The translations under genes were made by a program, and so were the position numbers. The notes under the pieces are model-generated. The model had not been told where the DNA came from and searched no databases. It saw only the letters and a program-made list of their open reading frames with translations. Positions 19,554 to 29,162 of a DNA stretch of 64,000 nt are shown here, piece after piece. Position 1 is the stretch's first letter. Each line of letters starts with the position of its first letter. The stretch comes from Clostridiales bacterium (GTDB taxonomy: Bacteria > Bacillota > Clostridia > Christensenellales > Borkfalkiaceae), in the NCBI GenBank assembly GCA_015069495.1, contig SVIN01000006.1, positions 10,847-74,846 on the forward strand. Direction: 5' to 3'.

Positions 19554-20173
19554 TATTGTATTTGTTGATAATTTTTGTATGCTCGCTAGGACTCTCTGGT
19601 GCGGTGGCAATTTGGTCAGGTGAAAATTTTTTCCTGCTGTTTGGATTGGTCGCTCTCGGTGTAGTTTTTGAAATTGCAGTGGACGGCTTGACCGCAACGA
19701 TTGCGCGGTTGTTGCCCGCGAAATGTGCCGACCACACGAAAAAAATATTTGTGGTTTCCGCGAAAGAAAAGAAGTTCTACGAAAAATTAAAAATCCGTTT
19801 ATGGAAAGACAAAATCCCCGAAATCGGGCATTTTACAGGTTTCCGTAAAAATAAATTGGCGGACCCGCAAAGTGTTGAATACGTTGACCGCTTTTTATTG
19901 GAGAGCTGTTACGGTGAAATCGGGCATTTCTTCAGTTTGTTTACAGGGTTTACCCTTTTGTTTCTTTACCCCTTATCGGATATTTGGTTTGTGTTGGCGA
20001 TTCCCGTGGCTATCATCAATTTATTCCTCAATTTACCCTCACTGTTGGTTTTGAGATATAACTCGTACAAGTTAGAGGTATTAAGAAAGAGTCTTTTAAA
20101 AAAACAACAACGCAAAGCTGTACAGGCGCAGGCGGTTGAAATCGCACCTGCAACCGCGGAAAAAACAGAATAA
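19550..20173 (+). CDS. polytopic membrane protein, CrtO-like (glycosyl-4,4'-diaponeurosporenoate acyltransferase family-like)
   Basis: WKDKIPE...F.K..L......Y...F..E.CYGEIGH pattern recalled for that family. ATGA overlap with the upstream gene. Confidence 0.45.
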   Translation: MILYLLIIFVCSLGLSGAVAIWSGENFFLLFGLVALGVVFEIAVDGLTATIARLLPAKCADHTKKIFVVSAKEKKFYEKLKIRLWKDKIPEIGHFTGFRKNKLADPQSVEYVDRFLLESCYGEIGHFFSLFTGFTLLFLYPLSDIWFVLAIPVAIINLFLNLPSLLVLRYNSYKLEVLRKSLLKKQQRKAVQAQAVEIAPATAEKTE

Positions 20174-20182
20174 ATCTTGTCT

Positions 20183-20216
20183 AAGTCCTCCCTTTTTCAA
20201 GCGGAGGGCTTATTTG
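20183..20216 (+). terminator. hairpin terminator after the membrane acyltransferase-like gene
   Basis: AAGTCCTCC / GGAGGGCTT stem (one G-U pair) followed by ATTTGAT. Confidence 0.5.
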
Positions 20217-20223
20217 ATGTGAC

Positions 20224-20335
20224 GGCTCTGTCACATCGCTTGGTTGATTTTTAACGGAAAAATACTGTGAAATACGGCGTATTTTTCTCGTCAATCGCTA
20301 AAAAACTAAAATCAACCATTCTCTGGTGCATAGCC
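20224..20335 (+). repeat. MITE-like element, copy 3 (internally deleted)
   Basis: GGCTCTGTCACATCGCTTGGTTGATTTTTAACGG...CTCGTCAATCGCTAAAAAACTAAAATCAACCATTCTCTGGTGCATAGCC. Lacks about 60 bp of the central region present in copies 1 and 2. Confidence 0.8.
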
Positions 20336-20470
20336 TATGTGAATTTGGGAAAAATTATAAAAATATTCAAAAATTATTACAAAAAAAGAGGAAATACAAA
20401 AGATATGTCGAATACATAAGTGTAGGGGAAAAATGCATACTTGCTTTTATAAAGCAAAGGAGGGGAAAAG

Positions 20471-21505
20471 ATGAGCAAAGAAGTGCCAAAATACGAAACG
20501 GTACGCGAGCGCATTTGCGCCAACGAAGATAGGTTACTTTCACCGTACGCAGTACGCTCTTCGCAAACCAAAGGGCGTTTGCGGGAAGAACCTGCTTGTG
20601 AGTTCCGCACGGAATTTCAACGGGATCGAGACCGTATTATTTACAGCAATTCGTTTAAACGCTTGAAAAATAAAACGCAGGTGTTTTGCGCGCCTGAGGG
20701 GGATCACTTTATTACCCGCATGACGCACACCTTGGACGTGGCACAAATCGCCCGCTCGATTGCGCGCACGCTCTCCTTGAACGAGGATCTCGCGGAAGCC
20801 ATCGCGCTCGGTCATGATTTGGGACATACCCCTTTCGGGCACGTTGGGGAAATGGTTTTGGATAAGGTTTCCTCGCATGGTTTCATGCACAACGAACAAT
20901 CTTTGCGCGTTGTGGACGTAATTGAAAAATCGGGCAGAGGGTTGAATTTGACCGAGGAAGTCCGCGACGGTATTTTACAGCATAAGAGTTCGGGGAAACC
21001 CATGACTTTGGAAGGGGAAGCGGTTTCCCTTGCTGACCGCATTGCGTATATCAATCATGACATTGAGGATGCGATTCGCGGTGGAATGCTGAAAGAAAGC
21101 GACCTGCCCAAACGCGCGGTAAAGGTGCTTGGGGATAAGACGAAGACCCGCATTCATACCGCGATTGCGGATATTTGGCGGAACTCGTTGGGACAACCCT
21201 TCGTGCGTATGTCGGACGAAGTGATGGATGCCACGAACGAGCTTCGCAAGTTTATGTTTAAAAACGTTTACGCGGTGACGAATAAGTCCATGCAAGACCG
21301 CGCAGAACGGATGTTGACGCAGTTGTTTGAATATTTCATGGTACACGTGGATAAACTGCCGAAAAATTATTTAGTCAATTTGGAAAGGGACGGGAAAGAA
21401 CGCGCGGTGTGCGATTATATCTCCGGCATGACGGACAGATACGCAATCACCGTGTTTGAAAATCTCTTCATTCCCGCGACCTTTGCCTTAGGAGGTATTA
21501 CGTGA
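20471..21505 (+). CDS. dgt: dGTP triphosphohydrolase-like HD-domain protein
   Basis: RMTHTLDVAQIAR and GHDLGHTPFGH HD motif. Precedes dnaG, as is common in Firmicutes. Confidence 0.88.
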   Translation: MSKEVPKYETVRERICANEDRLLSPYAVRSSQTKGRLREEPACEFRTEFQRDRDRIIYSNSFKRLKNKTQVFCAPEGDHFITRMTHTLDVAQIARSIARTLSLNEDLAEAIALGHDLGHTPFGHVGEMVLDKVSSHGFMHNEQSLRVVDVIEKSGRGLNLTEEVRDGILQHKSSGKPMTLEGEAVSLADRIAYINHDIEDAIRGGMLKESDLPKRAVKVLGDKTKTRIHTAIADIWRNSLGQPFVRMSDEVMDATNELRKFMFKNVYAVTNKSMQDRAERMLTQLFEYFMVHVDKLPKNYLVNLERDGKERAVCDYISGMTDRYAITVFENLFIPATFALGGIT

Positions 21506-23316
21506 TAGGCGGAAGATTTGATTCCGAATTCTCGTCCTTTCTTAGGACGCTAAAACAGAAAAACGATATTGTCGAAGTCGTCCGCAGTTACGTTGCCGTG
21601 GATAGAAAGGGTGGAAATTATTGGGCGTGCTGTCCATTCCACCATGAAAAAACACCATCGTTTGCCATCAATGAGGGGGAACAGTTTTACCACTGTTTCG
21701 GCTGTCAAGAATCAGGCGACGTTATCAAGTTTGTGCAAGAGATTGAATCTACCGATTTCATGGGTGCGGTTCGTATCTTGGCATCGAGGGTAAAAATGAC
21801 GGTGCCTGAGAGTAACTTTGACACCGAAGAAGCGGCGCGGAAAAAGAAAAAGCGCGATGCGATGGCAAAAATTTTGTTGGATTCCGCAAGGTTTTACCTT
21901 GGCAATCTATACAGCGGAGACGCAAAGGCTGACCCGTATTTGCAATACATTTCCAACCGCGGTTTGGCACCGACGACTGTGAAAAAATTTGGATTGGGTG
22001 CGTCACTCGACTTCTATTCTTTGCCCGATTATCTTGCGGGGAAAGGGTATTTCAAGGAAGATTTGATTGACAGCGGGGTGCTTGGCGCCAGCGAGAAAAA
22101 CGGTCGATTGTACGATGCGTTGGGCGAACGGTTGATTTTTCCGATTATCAACGCCTTTGACGAAGTGATTGGCTTTGGCGGGCGCAAGCTGGAAAAGGTA
22201 AAATTCGGCAAGTATAAAAACACCAAAGAAACCATGTTGTTCGACAAGAGTAAAACCTTGTACAACGTCAACCTTTTAAAGAAGTTAAAACGCGAGCAGT
22301 CCTTGCAGGAAGTGATTTTCGTCGAAGGGTATATGGATACGATTTCCTTGTATCAAGCGGGTTTTAAAAACGTTGTTGCGACGATGGGGACTTCACTGAC
22401 CAAGGAACAAGCACGGCTTGCCAAGCGATACACTGACAACGTATTGATTAGCTACGACGGGGATTTCGCAGGGCAAAACGCCGATTTGCGCGGGTTGGAA
22501 ATTTTGAAAGACGCAGGTTTGCACGTACGCGTTGTGCCTATGCCCGACGGATTAGATCCCGATGACGTAGCGAAACAAGGTGCGGACGCTTATCAACAAT
22601 GTTTGGATAATGCGATGCCTGTCATCGATTATCGTTTGCATACCTTAGAACGGAAATTCGACCTCGATAAAACGGAAGAAAAACGTCGGTTTATCGGGGA
22701 AGCCTTGAAGATTGTGCGGGATGCAGAAAGCGAAAGCGAGCGGGAAGTGTTGTTGAAAAAAATCCGTGATAAAACGGGCATCACTTATCAATCGTTGGAA
22801 CGAGATTTGCAAAACGTGAAGAAGGAAGTGACTTCGGCTGAACCGCAGGATTTTAAAGAACGCATGGCGGAGACGGCTTCGGGTACGGATAAACAACAAA
22901 AGGCGAAACGATTTATTTTGGCGGCACGCCTATTTTCTGCGCCTTACGCGATGGGGGTATCGGTGACGGACTTGCCCTTAAAAGATGAAACGCACATCAT
23001 CATTGCCCGCTATATCGCGGATAGGGAAGAACAAGGCGAACGTATCAGACCGAGCGAATTGTTTGAATTCTTGGATGAGAACTGCGCGGAGTTTAACGCA
23101 ATTTTGGATTTAAACTATGGAGATAAATTATCGGGTGGGGTGGCTGAACGGTTCTTTGCGGACAGTTTAAAAACTTTACAGCTTGAATCCATCGAGGAAG
23201 AAATTGCGGAGCTGAATCAGCAATATGCCCAAGCAACGGAAGAAGAAGCGCGTAAACAAATTGCGGTGAAACTCAGTCAATGCATACAAAAACGCAAAGC
23301 ATTGAAAAAAGCATAA
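21502..23316 (+). CDS. dnaG: DNA primase
   Basis: CCPFHHEKTPSF...CFGC zinc finger and TOPRIM EGYMD. GTG start overlaps the dgt stop. Confidence 0.95.
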   Translation: MIGGRFDSEFSSFLRTLKQKNDIVEVVRSYVAVDRKGGNYWACCPFHHEKTPSFAINEGEQFYHCFGCQESGDVIKFVQEIESTDFMGAVRILASRVKMTVPESNFDTEEAARKKKKRDAMAKILLDSARFYLGNLYSGDAKADPYLQYISNRGLAPTTVKKFGLGASLDFYSLPDYLAGKGYFKEDLIDSGVLGASEKNGRLYDALGERLIFPIINAFDEVIGFGGRKLEKVKFGKYKNTKETMLFDKSKTLYNVNLLKKLKREQSLQEVIFVEGYMDTISLYQAGFKNVVATMGTSLTKEQARLAKRYTDNVLISYDGDFAGQNADLRGLEILKDAGLHVRVVPMPDGLDPDDVAKQGADAYQQCLDNAMPVIDYRLHTLERKFDLDKTEEKRRFIGEALKIVRDAESESEREVLLKKIRDKTGITYQSLERDLQNVKKEVTSAEPQDFKERMAETASGTDKQQKAKRFILAARLFSAPYAMGVSVTDLPLKDETHIIIARYIADREEQGERIRPSELFEFLDENCAEFNAILDLNYGDKLSGGVAERFFADSLKTLQLESIEEEIAELNQQYAQATEEEARKQIAVKLSQCIQKRKALKKA

Positions 23317-23332
23317 TTTGCCAAAACGACGT

Positions 23333-23350
23333 GGGCAGGTATGCGACGAA
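23333..23350 (+). repeat. dispersed motif copy (dnaG|sigA spacer)
   Basis: GGGCAGGTATGCGACGAA. 18/18 identical to the aroA copy. Confidence 0.7.
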
Positions 23351-23418
23351 ATACAAAAAGAAAAAATAAAAAAAGGAAAAAAACAGAATACTGTTTTGAT
23401 ATAAACGGAGGATAAAAG

Positions 23419-24474
23419 ATGAATATATCCGAGCAAAAACTCAATGAAATTCTGACTGGTATCATCAATGGGTACGGGAAGAAAGGCAGCATCACAACCA
23501 ACCAACTTTGCGATATCATGGAAAAGTACGACACCGATCCCGCGCAGATGGATTACGTGTACAAATCCTTAAGCGAAAACGGCATTCAAATCGTGGACGA
23601 AGATCAACGCGACCGCGAATTGTTTGAACAAGCACTTTCCGATATCGGCTTAGACGATCCCGTGAAAATGTACCTCAAGGACATCGGGCGCGTGCCTTTG
23701 CTGTCGGCGGAAGAAGAAGTCGAATTGGCAAAGCGTATGCAGGAAAACGATATCGCCGCAAGAAAGCGTTTGTCGGAAGCCAACTTGCGTTTGGTGGTTT
23801 CGATTGCGAAACGTTACGTGGGACGCGGTATGCTTTTCTTGGATTTGATTCAGGAAGGCAACCTCGGCTTGATGAAGGCTGTGGAAAAATTTGATTATCA
23901 AAAGGGGTTCAAGTTCTCCACGTATGCAACGTGGTGGATTCGCCAATCGATTACCCGCGCAATTGCAGATCAAGCGCGTACCATTCGTATTCCTGTGCAC
24001 ATGGTCGAAACCATCAATAAATTGACCCGCGTACAGCGCGTGTTGTTGCAGGAGCTCGGCCGTGAACCTTCACCCGAAGAAATCGCGGAAAAGATGGGTG
24101 TTACGGTAGAACGCGTACGCGAAATTCAAAAAATCGCGCAAGACCCCGTTTCGCTTGAAACGCCGATTGGTGAAGAGGAAGACAGCCATTTGGGCGATTT
24201 CATCGAAGATGAAAAAACGATTACTCCCAGTGATTCGGTAGCTTTCTCTATGTTGAAAGAACAGCTTCTTGGTGTTCTTGATACCTTGACCCCTCGTGAA
24301 GAAAAGGTGCTTCGTTTGCGTTATGGTATCGACGATGGTAAGCCTAGAACTTTGGAAGAAGTGGGTAAAGAATTCAACGTTACCCGTGAACGTATCCGTC
24401 AGATTGAAGCGAAAGCTTTGAGGAAGCTTCGTCATCCTTCCCGCAGTAAGCGTTTGAAAGATTTTCTTGAATAA
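23419..24474 (+). CDS. sigA: primary RNA polymerase sigma factor
   Basis: [31 protein letters not shown] and region 4.2 [20 protein letters not shown]. Confidence 0.96.
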   Translation: MNISEQKLNEILTGIINGYGKKGSITTNQLCDIMEKYDTDPAQMDYVYKSLSENGIQIVDEDQRDRELFEQALSDIGLDDPVKMYLKDIGRVPLLSAEEEVELAKRMQENDIAARKRLSEANLRLVVSIAKRYVGRGMLFLDLIQEGNLGLMKAVEKFDYQKGFKFSTYATWWIRQSITRAIADQARTIRIPVHMVETINKLTRVQRVLLQELGREPSPEEIAEKMGVTVERVREIQKIAQDPVSLETPIGEEEDSHLGDFIEDEKTITPSDSVAFSMLKEQLLGVLDTLTPREEKVLRLRYGIDDGKPRTLEEVGKEFNVTRERIRQIEAKALRKLRHPSRSKRLKDFLE

Positions 24475-25166
24475 TGGGTTACGGGAAACGGATTGACACG
24501 CTGTGTTCGTTGCTCAAAAAGGCGGAAACCTTTGCCGACGTAGGGTGCGACCATGGCTATTGTTCAGAATATATGTTGAAAAACGGCTTGTGCGACCGCG
24601 CAATTTTGTCCGATATCAGCAAAGGAAGTCTTGCCAAGGCGGAAGCATTGCTTGCGCCGTACATTCGGCAAGGTAAGGCAATCTCGGTGCTTGGCGACGG
24701 TTTTTTAGGTGTGCCCAAGGATGTGGACGAGGTGTTGATTGCAGGGATGGGCGGCAGTGAAATCGTGTCCATTTTATCGGATGAAAAGTACGGCTTTATG
24801 CCCAAACGTTTCGTCTTTCAGCCCATGCACGACGCGGAAAAATTGCGTAGATATATCCTTGCAAACGGCGGATACATCGACCGTGATTTCACTTTTGAAG
24901 ATGGTAAATTTTACGACGTCATCTGCGGTGGAAGGTGTGAATGCAGGGGGCAGGTATGCGATGAAGGTTCTTATACCGATGCGGAGTACGAGTTTGGCAA
25001 AGAGAATTTGGAAACCTTTCCTGAGGCGTTTACCAAGCGCATGAACAAGCTGATTGGCAATATTGACAAATACTTGAAACAACCCCAATTGCAGGAAGCA
25101 AGTAAGGCGGATTTATTACAGAGAAAAAATCGTTTACAAGGAGTGTTGAACGGTGAAATTAAGTGA
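24474..25166 (+). CDS. trmK: tRNA (adenine22-N1)-methyltransferase
   Basis: ADVGCDHGY SAM motif and IAGMGG. Conserved sigA-trmK-nif3 order. Contains a dispersed-motif copy at 24946-24965. Confidence 0.85.
   Translation: MGYGKRIDTLCSLLKKAETFADVGCDHGYCSEYMLKNGLCDRAILSDISKGSLAKAEALLAPYIRQGKAISVLGDGFLGVPKDVDEVLIAGMGGSEIVSILSDEKYGFMPKRFVFQPMHDAEKLRRYILANGGYIDRDFTFEDGKFYDVICGGRCECRGQVCDEGSYTDAEYEFGKENLETFPEAFTKRMNKLIGNIDKYLKQPQLQEASKADLLQRKNRLQGVLNGEIK
24946..24965 (+). repeat. dispersed motif copy inside trmK
   Basis: GGGGGCAGGTATGCGATGAA, read as RGQVCDE. Confidence 0.7.
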
Positions 25167-25962
25167 AATTTATAAAATAGCAGACGCGTTTGCGCCCAAG
25201 CGTTTGAGCGATGAATATTGCAAAACGGCAGGCGCATACGATAACAGCGGTTTGTTGGTGGAAGCTTGCGAGGAAGTGACGGGCATCGTCTTTTCGTTGG
25301 ATTTGACCAACGCGGCGATTGACAAAGCGATTGCGCACGGCGCGAATCTTATCATTACCCACCACCCCGTTATCTATGGTAAAATCAGCAACGTATGCAT
25401 GAACGATCCGATGATTTTGGGCGAGAAATTGGTGCGTTGTATCCGCGAGGGGATCTCCGTTATTTCCATGCACTTGAATTTGGACGTGGTAAAAGGCGGT
25501 ATTGACGATTGCTTGATGCAGGGGATTATGCGTGCGGCGGGCGCACCTGTCGGGGCGTTGCTTGGTATACAACATCCTGTGGAAGATAGCGGTTACGGTA
25601 AAGTATACGACGTGCAGCCGATTGCTTTGGGTGCGCTTGCGGAAAATATGAAAACGGTATTCTCCACCGACCGCATTCTTGTTTACGGGGATAAAAACGA
25701 AGAAGTATCGCGCGTGGCAAGTTTTTGCGGTGCGGGTGCGGACGAAGGTGCAATCCTCTATGCAAAAAAAATGGGCGCGCAGGTGATGGTTTCGTCCGAT
25801 TTTAAACATCATCTTTTACAACTTTTATCCGAATCGGGCATTTCCGTGATAGTTTTGACGCATTATGCATCCGAACAGTACGGCTTTGAAAAATACAGTA
25901 AAAAAATCCGTGAGCAAGTGGATATTCCTTGTGTTTATCACACGGAAGACAACTTGTTTTAA
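25153..25962 (+). CDS. Nif3-like dinuclear metal centre protein
   Basis: ITHHPVIY and MHLNLD motifs and a C-terminal HY.SE pattern. GTG start overlaps trmK. Confidence 0.85.
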   Translation: MKLSEIYKIADAFAPKRLSDEYCKTAGAYDNSGLLVEACEEVTGIVFSLDLTNAAIDKAIAHGANLIITHHPVIYGKISNVCMNDPMILGEKLVRCIREGISVISMHLNLDVVKGGIDDCLMQGIMRAAGAPVGALLGIQHPVEDSGYGKVYDVQPIALGALAENMKTVFSTDRILVYGDKNEEVSRVASFCGAGADEGAILYAKKMGAQVMVSSDFKHHLLQLLSESGISVIVLTHYASEQYGFEKYSKKIREQVDIPCVYHTEDNLF

Positions 25963-25982
25963 CGGGAGGGAGATATAATATT

Positions 25983-26684
25983 ATGGCACAGTTACAAGCA
26001 ATTTTAAATTATCAGGAAACGGACAGCAAGCTTTATAAGCTTGAACGTGAGTTGGCAGGCAGCGAGGAAAGAAAAGAATACGTCAAGTATAAAAAATTTC
26101 TCGAATCTGCACCTGAAAAATTGGACTCGTTAGAGGTGAAAGCAACCGCACTGAAGGCGGAAGCGGCAGAGCTTGAACAAAAGTATGCGCGCGCGGAAGA
26201 AACGTTGGGTGATTTCGATCATTTGGATGAATTGGTGACCAACGGCGCGGACGTTACATTCTACAAGAAAAAAGCACAATCGTTTGCAGAACAGTTGAAG
26301 AAGTTAAAAGCTGACCTCAACACGTTGTTGGCAAACATCAAGGCAACGGATGAAGAATACCAAAAATTGAAAAAGCAGGTGCTTGCCGCGCAGAAACAGT
26401 ATGCCGAAGCATCGGAAAAATACAAAGCCTTGAAAACTTCGCGCGATGCGGAAAAGAAAGCATTGGAAACAGAACTTGCGAAGCTTGAAAAGGAAGTGGA
26501 CGCGAAGTTTATGGAAGTCTATAAAACGAAACGTAAGGAGAAGATTTTCCCCGTCGTGGGTGAATTGATTGGCACACGTTGTCCGTTCTGTAGTATGGAA
26601 CCGCCCCTTGCGGCAAGAAATAAGTTGACGGGCGGCGCTTCCATCGAATGCGATAACTGTCATCGTATTATTTTCAGCAAATAA
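25983..26684 (+). CDS. coiled-coil / C4 zinc-ribbon protein (DUF164-like)
   Basis: Long coiled-coil followed by CPFC...CDNC. Usual neighbour of nif3. Confidence 0.7.
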   Translation: MAQLQAILNYQETDSKLYKLERELAGSEERKEYVKYKKFLESAPEKLDSLEVKATALKAEAAELEQKYARAEETLGDFDHLDELVTNGADVTFYKKKAQSFAEQLKKLKADLNTLLANIKATDEEYQKLKKQVLAAQKQYAEASEKYKALKTSRDAEKKALETELAKLEKEVDAKFMEVYKTKRKEKIFPVVGELIGTRCPFCSMEPPLAARNKLTGGASIECDNCHRIIFSK

Positions 26685-26720
26685 GTCGCAATTTACCGCC
26701 GATTGTGCATACGATATAGC

Positions 26721-27812
26721 ATGCAGAAGGTTCGCGCGGAAATCAATTTACAACATATACGGCATAACGCGGAGGCGTTTTCAAGGTTGACGAAGACGAA
26801 GCTTTGCGCAGTGGTCAAAGCAAATGCCTACGGCCATGGCGCGGAAGCGGTCACCGCCGCGTTGTGCGGGACAGCCGATTTGTTTGCGGTGGCATTGATA
26901 GAGGAAGGTTTGGCGATTCGTGTGGCGGCGTGCGGAAAAGATATCTTGGTGTTGACTCCGCCGACCGCTGAGGACGAGGTGTATGCTTTGGCGGTGAATG
27001 GCTTTACCGCGATGGCGGATTCACTGAAAACCGCCCGCTTAATTGTACGTGTTTGTGAAAAATACAACCTACCCCTCAAGGTACGTTTGAAGGTCAATAC
27101 AGGGATGAACCGTTACGGCATGAATGTGCAGACTCTAGGGAAAACTTGTAAGTTTTTACAAGGCAATCCATGGGTGCACGTTGTGGGTATGGATTCGCAT
27201 TTATGTGAGTGTAATATTACCCGCGCAGAAAAACAGTGCGTGTGTTTCGAACGAATGTTGACGATAGGGAAAAGGTATTTTCCTGCGCTCAACGCATACC
27301 TGGGTGCCACTTATGGGGCATTATTGGGTGAAAAATATCGCTTTGACGGGGTGCGTGTGGGGCTTGGTTTGTATGGATATTTACCATGTAAAGCAAACGA
27401 AACGACGGGTGTGGCGTTGGAAACAGTCAAAAGGCTTGACCTGAAAAAAGCTATGGCTGTATATGCCAAAACGATTGCATGCCGAACATATCAATTTGGC
27501 GGAATAGGTTACGGTGAAGAGAAAGCGCCCGAACGGTCGAAAGATTTGACTGTGATTAGGGCGGGATATGCAGATGGTTTTTTACGACAACGGGAAAATG
27601 GTACGGACGGTTGGCAAACCCAAGCGGGTGTATCGTGTATGGACGCTTGCATTCGTCAGGGCAGGTTCTTACAAGGACAATATTTGCCGATTATGACGGA
27701 TGCGGACGAGGTGGCAACCGTGACGGGTACGGTTGCGTATGAAGTTTTGTGCGCGGCTACCCGACGCGCGGAGTTTATTTATGACAAGGAATCTTCGTTT
27801 TGCGGACGGTGA
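26721..27812 (+). CDS. alr: alanine racemase
   Basis: AVVKANAYGHG PLP-lysine motif. Confidence 0.9.
   Translation: MQKVRAEINLQHIRHNAEAFSRLTKTKLCAVVKANAYGHGAEAVTAALCGTADLFAVALIEEGLAIRVAACGKDILVLTPPTAEDEVYALAVNGFTAMADSLKTARLIVRVCEKYNLPLKVRLKVNTGMNRYGMNVQTLGKTCKFLQGNPWVHVVGMDSHLCECNITRAEKQCVCFERMLTIGKRYFPALNAYLGATYGALLGEKYRFDGVRVGLGLYGYLPCKANETTGVALETVKRLDLKKAMAVYAKTIACRTYQFGGIGYGEEKAPERSKDLTVIRAGYADGFLRQRENGTDGWQTQAGVSCMDACIRQGRFLQGQYLPIMTDADEVATVTGTVAYEVLCAATRRAEFIYDKESSFCGR
27288..27304 (-). repeat. dispersed motif copy inside alr (reverse orientation)
   Basis: Reverse complement is CCCAGGTATGCGTTGAG, near-identical to the ribF copy. Confidence 0.6.
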
Positions 27813-28377
27813 GCCGTCTACGTTATCACAGCGAAAGGCGGACTTACGCGCGTACATGAAAGGGAAACGCGCGGAAAACACCAACCGCGATATCAAAGAG
27901 CAACGGTTAATCGAGCATTTTTACGAGGCAATTTTTCCTAAAACGGAGGGGGCAGGTATTTGTTTAACCTTTTTTATCTACCTTTCGTTTTTTCGGGAAG
28001 CCCCGACCGATCGATTGATTGAACGCTTAATTGCGGACGGACATAAGGTGTATTGTCCTCGGGTGGAAAATGGTGAAATGTACGCTGTGGAATACGGAGA
28101 GGATTTTACTTTATCCGATTATGGAATCCGCGAACCCGTAGGGGAGCGTTTTACAGGTAAAATCGACGTGGCGGTGATTCCATTTTTGGCTGTGGACAAG
28201 CAGGGGAATCGCTTGGGTTACGGTAAAGGATATTACGATCGCTATTTGAAACAATCCCCAGCGAGGCGGGTGGCGTTTGGGTATCAGTTCCAAATTGTCA
28301 ACGAAGTGCCCTGCGAAGCGTGGGATGAGAAAATGGACGTCCTTGTGACGGATGAAGAAGTTTTGTTTATTACGTGA
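27781..28377 (+). CDS. 5-formyltetrahydrofolate cyclo-ligase
   Basis: LAVDKQGNRLGYGKGYYDRYL C-terminal signature. Overlaps the alr end. Confidence 0.85.
   Translation: MTRNLRFADGEPSTLSQRKADLRAYMKGKRAENTNRDIKEQRLIEHFYEAIFPKTEGAGICLTFFIYLSFFREAPTDRLIERLIADGHKVYCPRVENGEMYAVEYGEDFTLSDYGIREPVGERFTGKIDVAVIPFLAVDKQGNRLGYGKGYYDRYLKQSPARRVAFGYQFQIVNEVPCEAWDEKMDVLVTDEEVLFIT
27948..27959 (+). repeat. half motif inside the 5-FCL gene
   Basis: GGGGGCAGGTAT only; the right half is not conserved. Confidence 0.3.
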
Positions 28378-28400
28378 GAAAAAAATTCGGAGAAACGAAT

Positions 28401-29141
28401 ATGGATGCAAAAGTGATTAAAAAACAATTAAAAAAAATCGGCAGACAGATGTGGGAATTATTCAAGCTTTCCATACCCGCAACTTTTATGTATTGTTGCG
28501 CGGGTACGATTTTGATGATGTTAACCATGAAAGGGGAACAGCTTGAATGGACAAGCAAGGGTGTTATGTGGACGGTGGTGTGTATCATCGGCGGTTCGGC
28601 GTATTCGGCGTTGCTTGCTTGGGCGAACGGCGGGTCGCAATATGAAATGTTGGTGTCGGGCAATATGAAGCGTATGTCTGCGGATGCGTTGGATGGCGGT
28701 TTTAAGATGTCCAGCCACAAGGAAGCGAAAGAATACCGCATCTGGAAAGGGTTTGCTTTCGGTGCGTTTACGGCACTGATTACCCTTATCATTGGGATTT
28801 TGTTCGGTGCGTTTGAGGGGAGAATCGACAGCGATGCGCCTGGGAAAGGGGTTGCGATTTTGGTGCTTATAGGATTTTTGACCTCTGGTTGGTCGGTGAT
28901 TCCCTTTTACCTTATGCATAAAACGGGCGCGGCGGTAATCAGTTATTACGTGTCTTGCTTATTTGCCTTAATTCCTATCGTGGTTGCGGGCGGATTCTAT
29001 ATTGCGGGTGCTTATGCGCGCCGTGCAAAACGCCTTCGCGAGCAGTTGATTGCGGAGCAAGCAATGAAAGCTGAAGAGGCAAAGGTGAAGAAAATTAATT
29101 ACGGCGGGTTGCCCGGCACGAAGCCTAAAAAACGTAAATGA
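28401..29141 (+). CDS. hypothetical multi-pass membrane protein with a basic C-terminal tail
   Basis: Several hydrophobic segments. GGAG SD before ATG 28401. No family recognised. Confidence 0.5.
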   Translation: MDAKVIKKQLKKIGRQMWELFKLSIPATFMYCCAGTILMMLTMKGEQLEWTSKGVMWTVVCIIGGSAYSALLAWANGGSQYEMLVSGNMKRMSADALDGGFKMSSHKEAKEYRIWKGFAFGAFTALITLIIGILFGAFEGRIDSDAPGKGVAILVLIGFLTSGWSVIPFYLMHKTGAAVISYYVSCLFALIPIVVAGGFYIAGAYARRAKRLREQLIAEQAMKAEEAKVKKINYGGLPGTKPKKRK

Positions 29142-29144
29142 TAA

Positions 29145-29162
29145 GGGCATGTACGCGTTGAA
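29145..29162 (+). repeat. dispersed motif copy (membrane protein|rsmD spacer)
   Basis: GGGCATGTACGCGTTGAA. Confidence 0.7.

Noticed and set aside
23341-23415. 24-codon ORF MRRNTKRKNKKRKKTEYCFDINGG* starting at the motif ATG in the dnaG|sigA spacer.
   Set aside because: The highly basic sequence comes from an A-rich spacer. There is no evidence of conservation, so it is treated as a by-product of the motif.
29145-29162. Reading the dispersed motif as a catabolite-responsive element (cre, WTGNAANCGNWNNCW) or as a -35 element (TTGAAA).
   Set aside because: ATGTACGCGTTGAAA misses two of the invariant cre positions, and conservation extends into the non-cre GGGCA part. No consistently spaced -10 box follows the TTGAA in the different copies.
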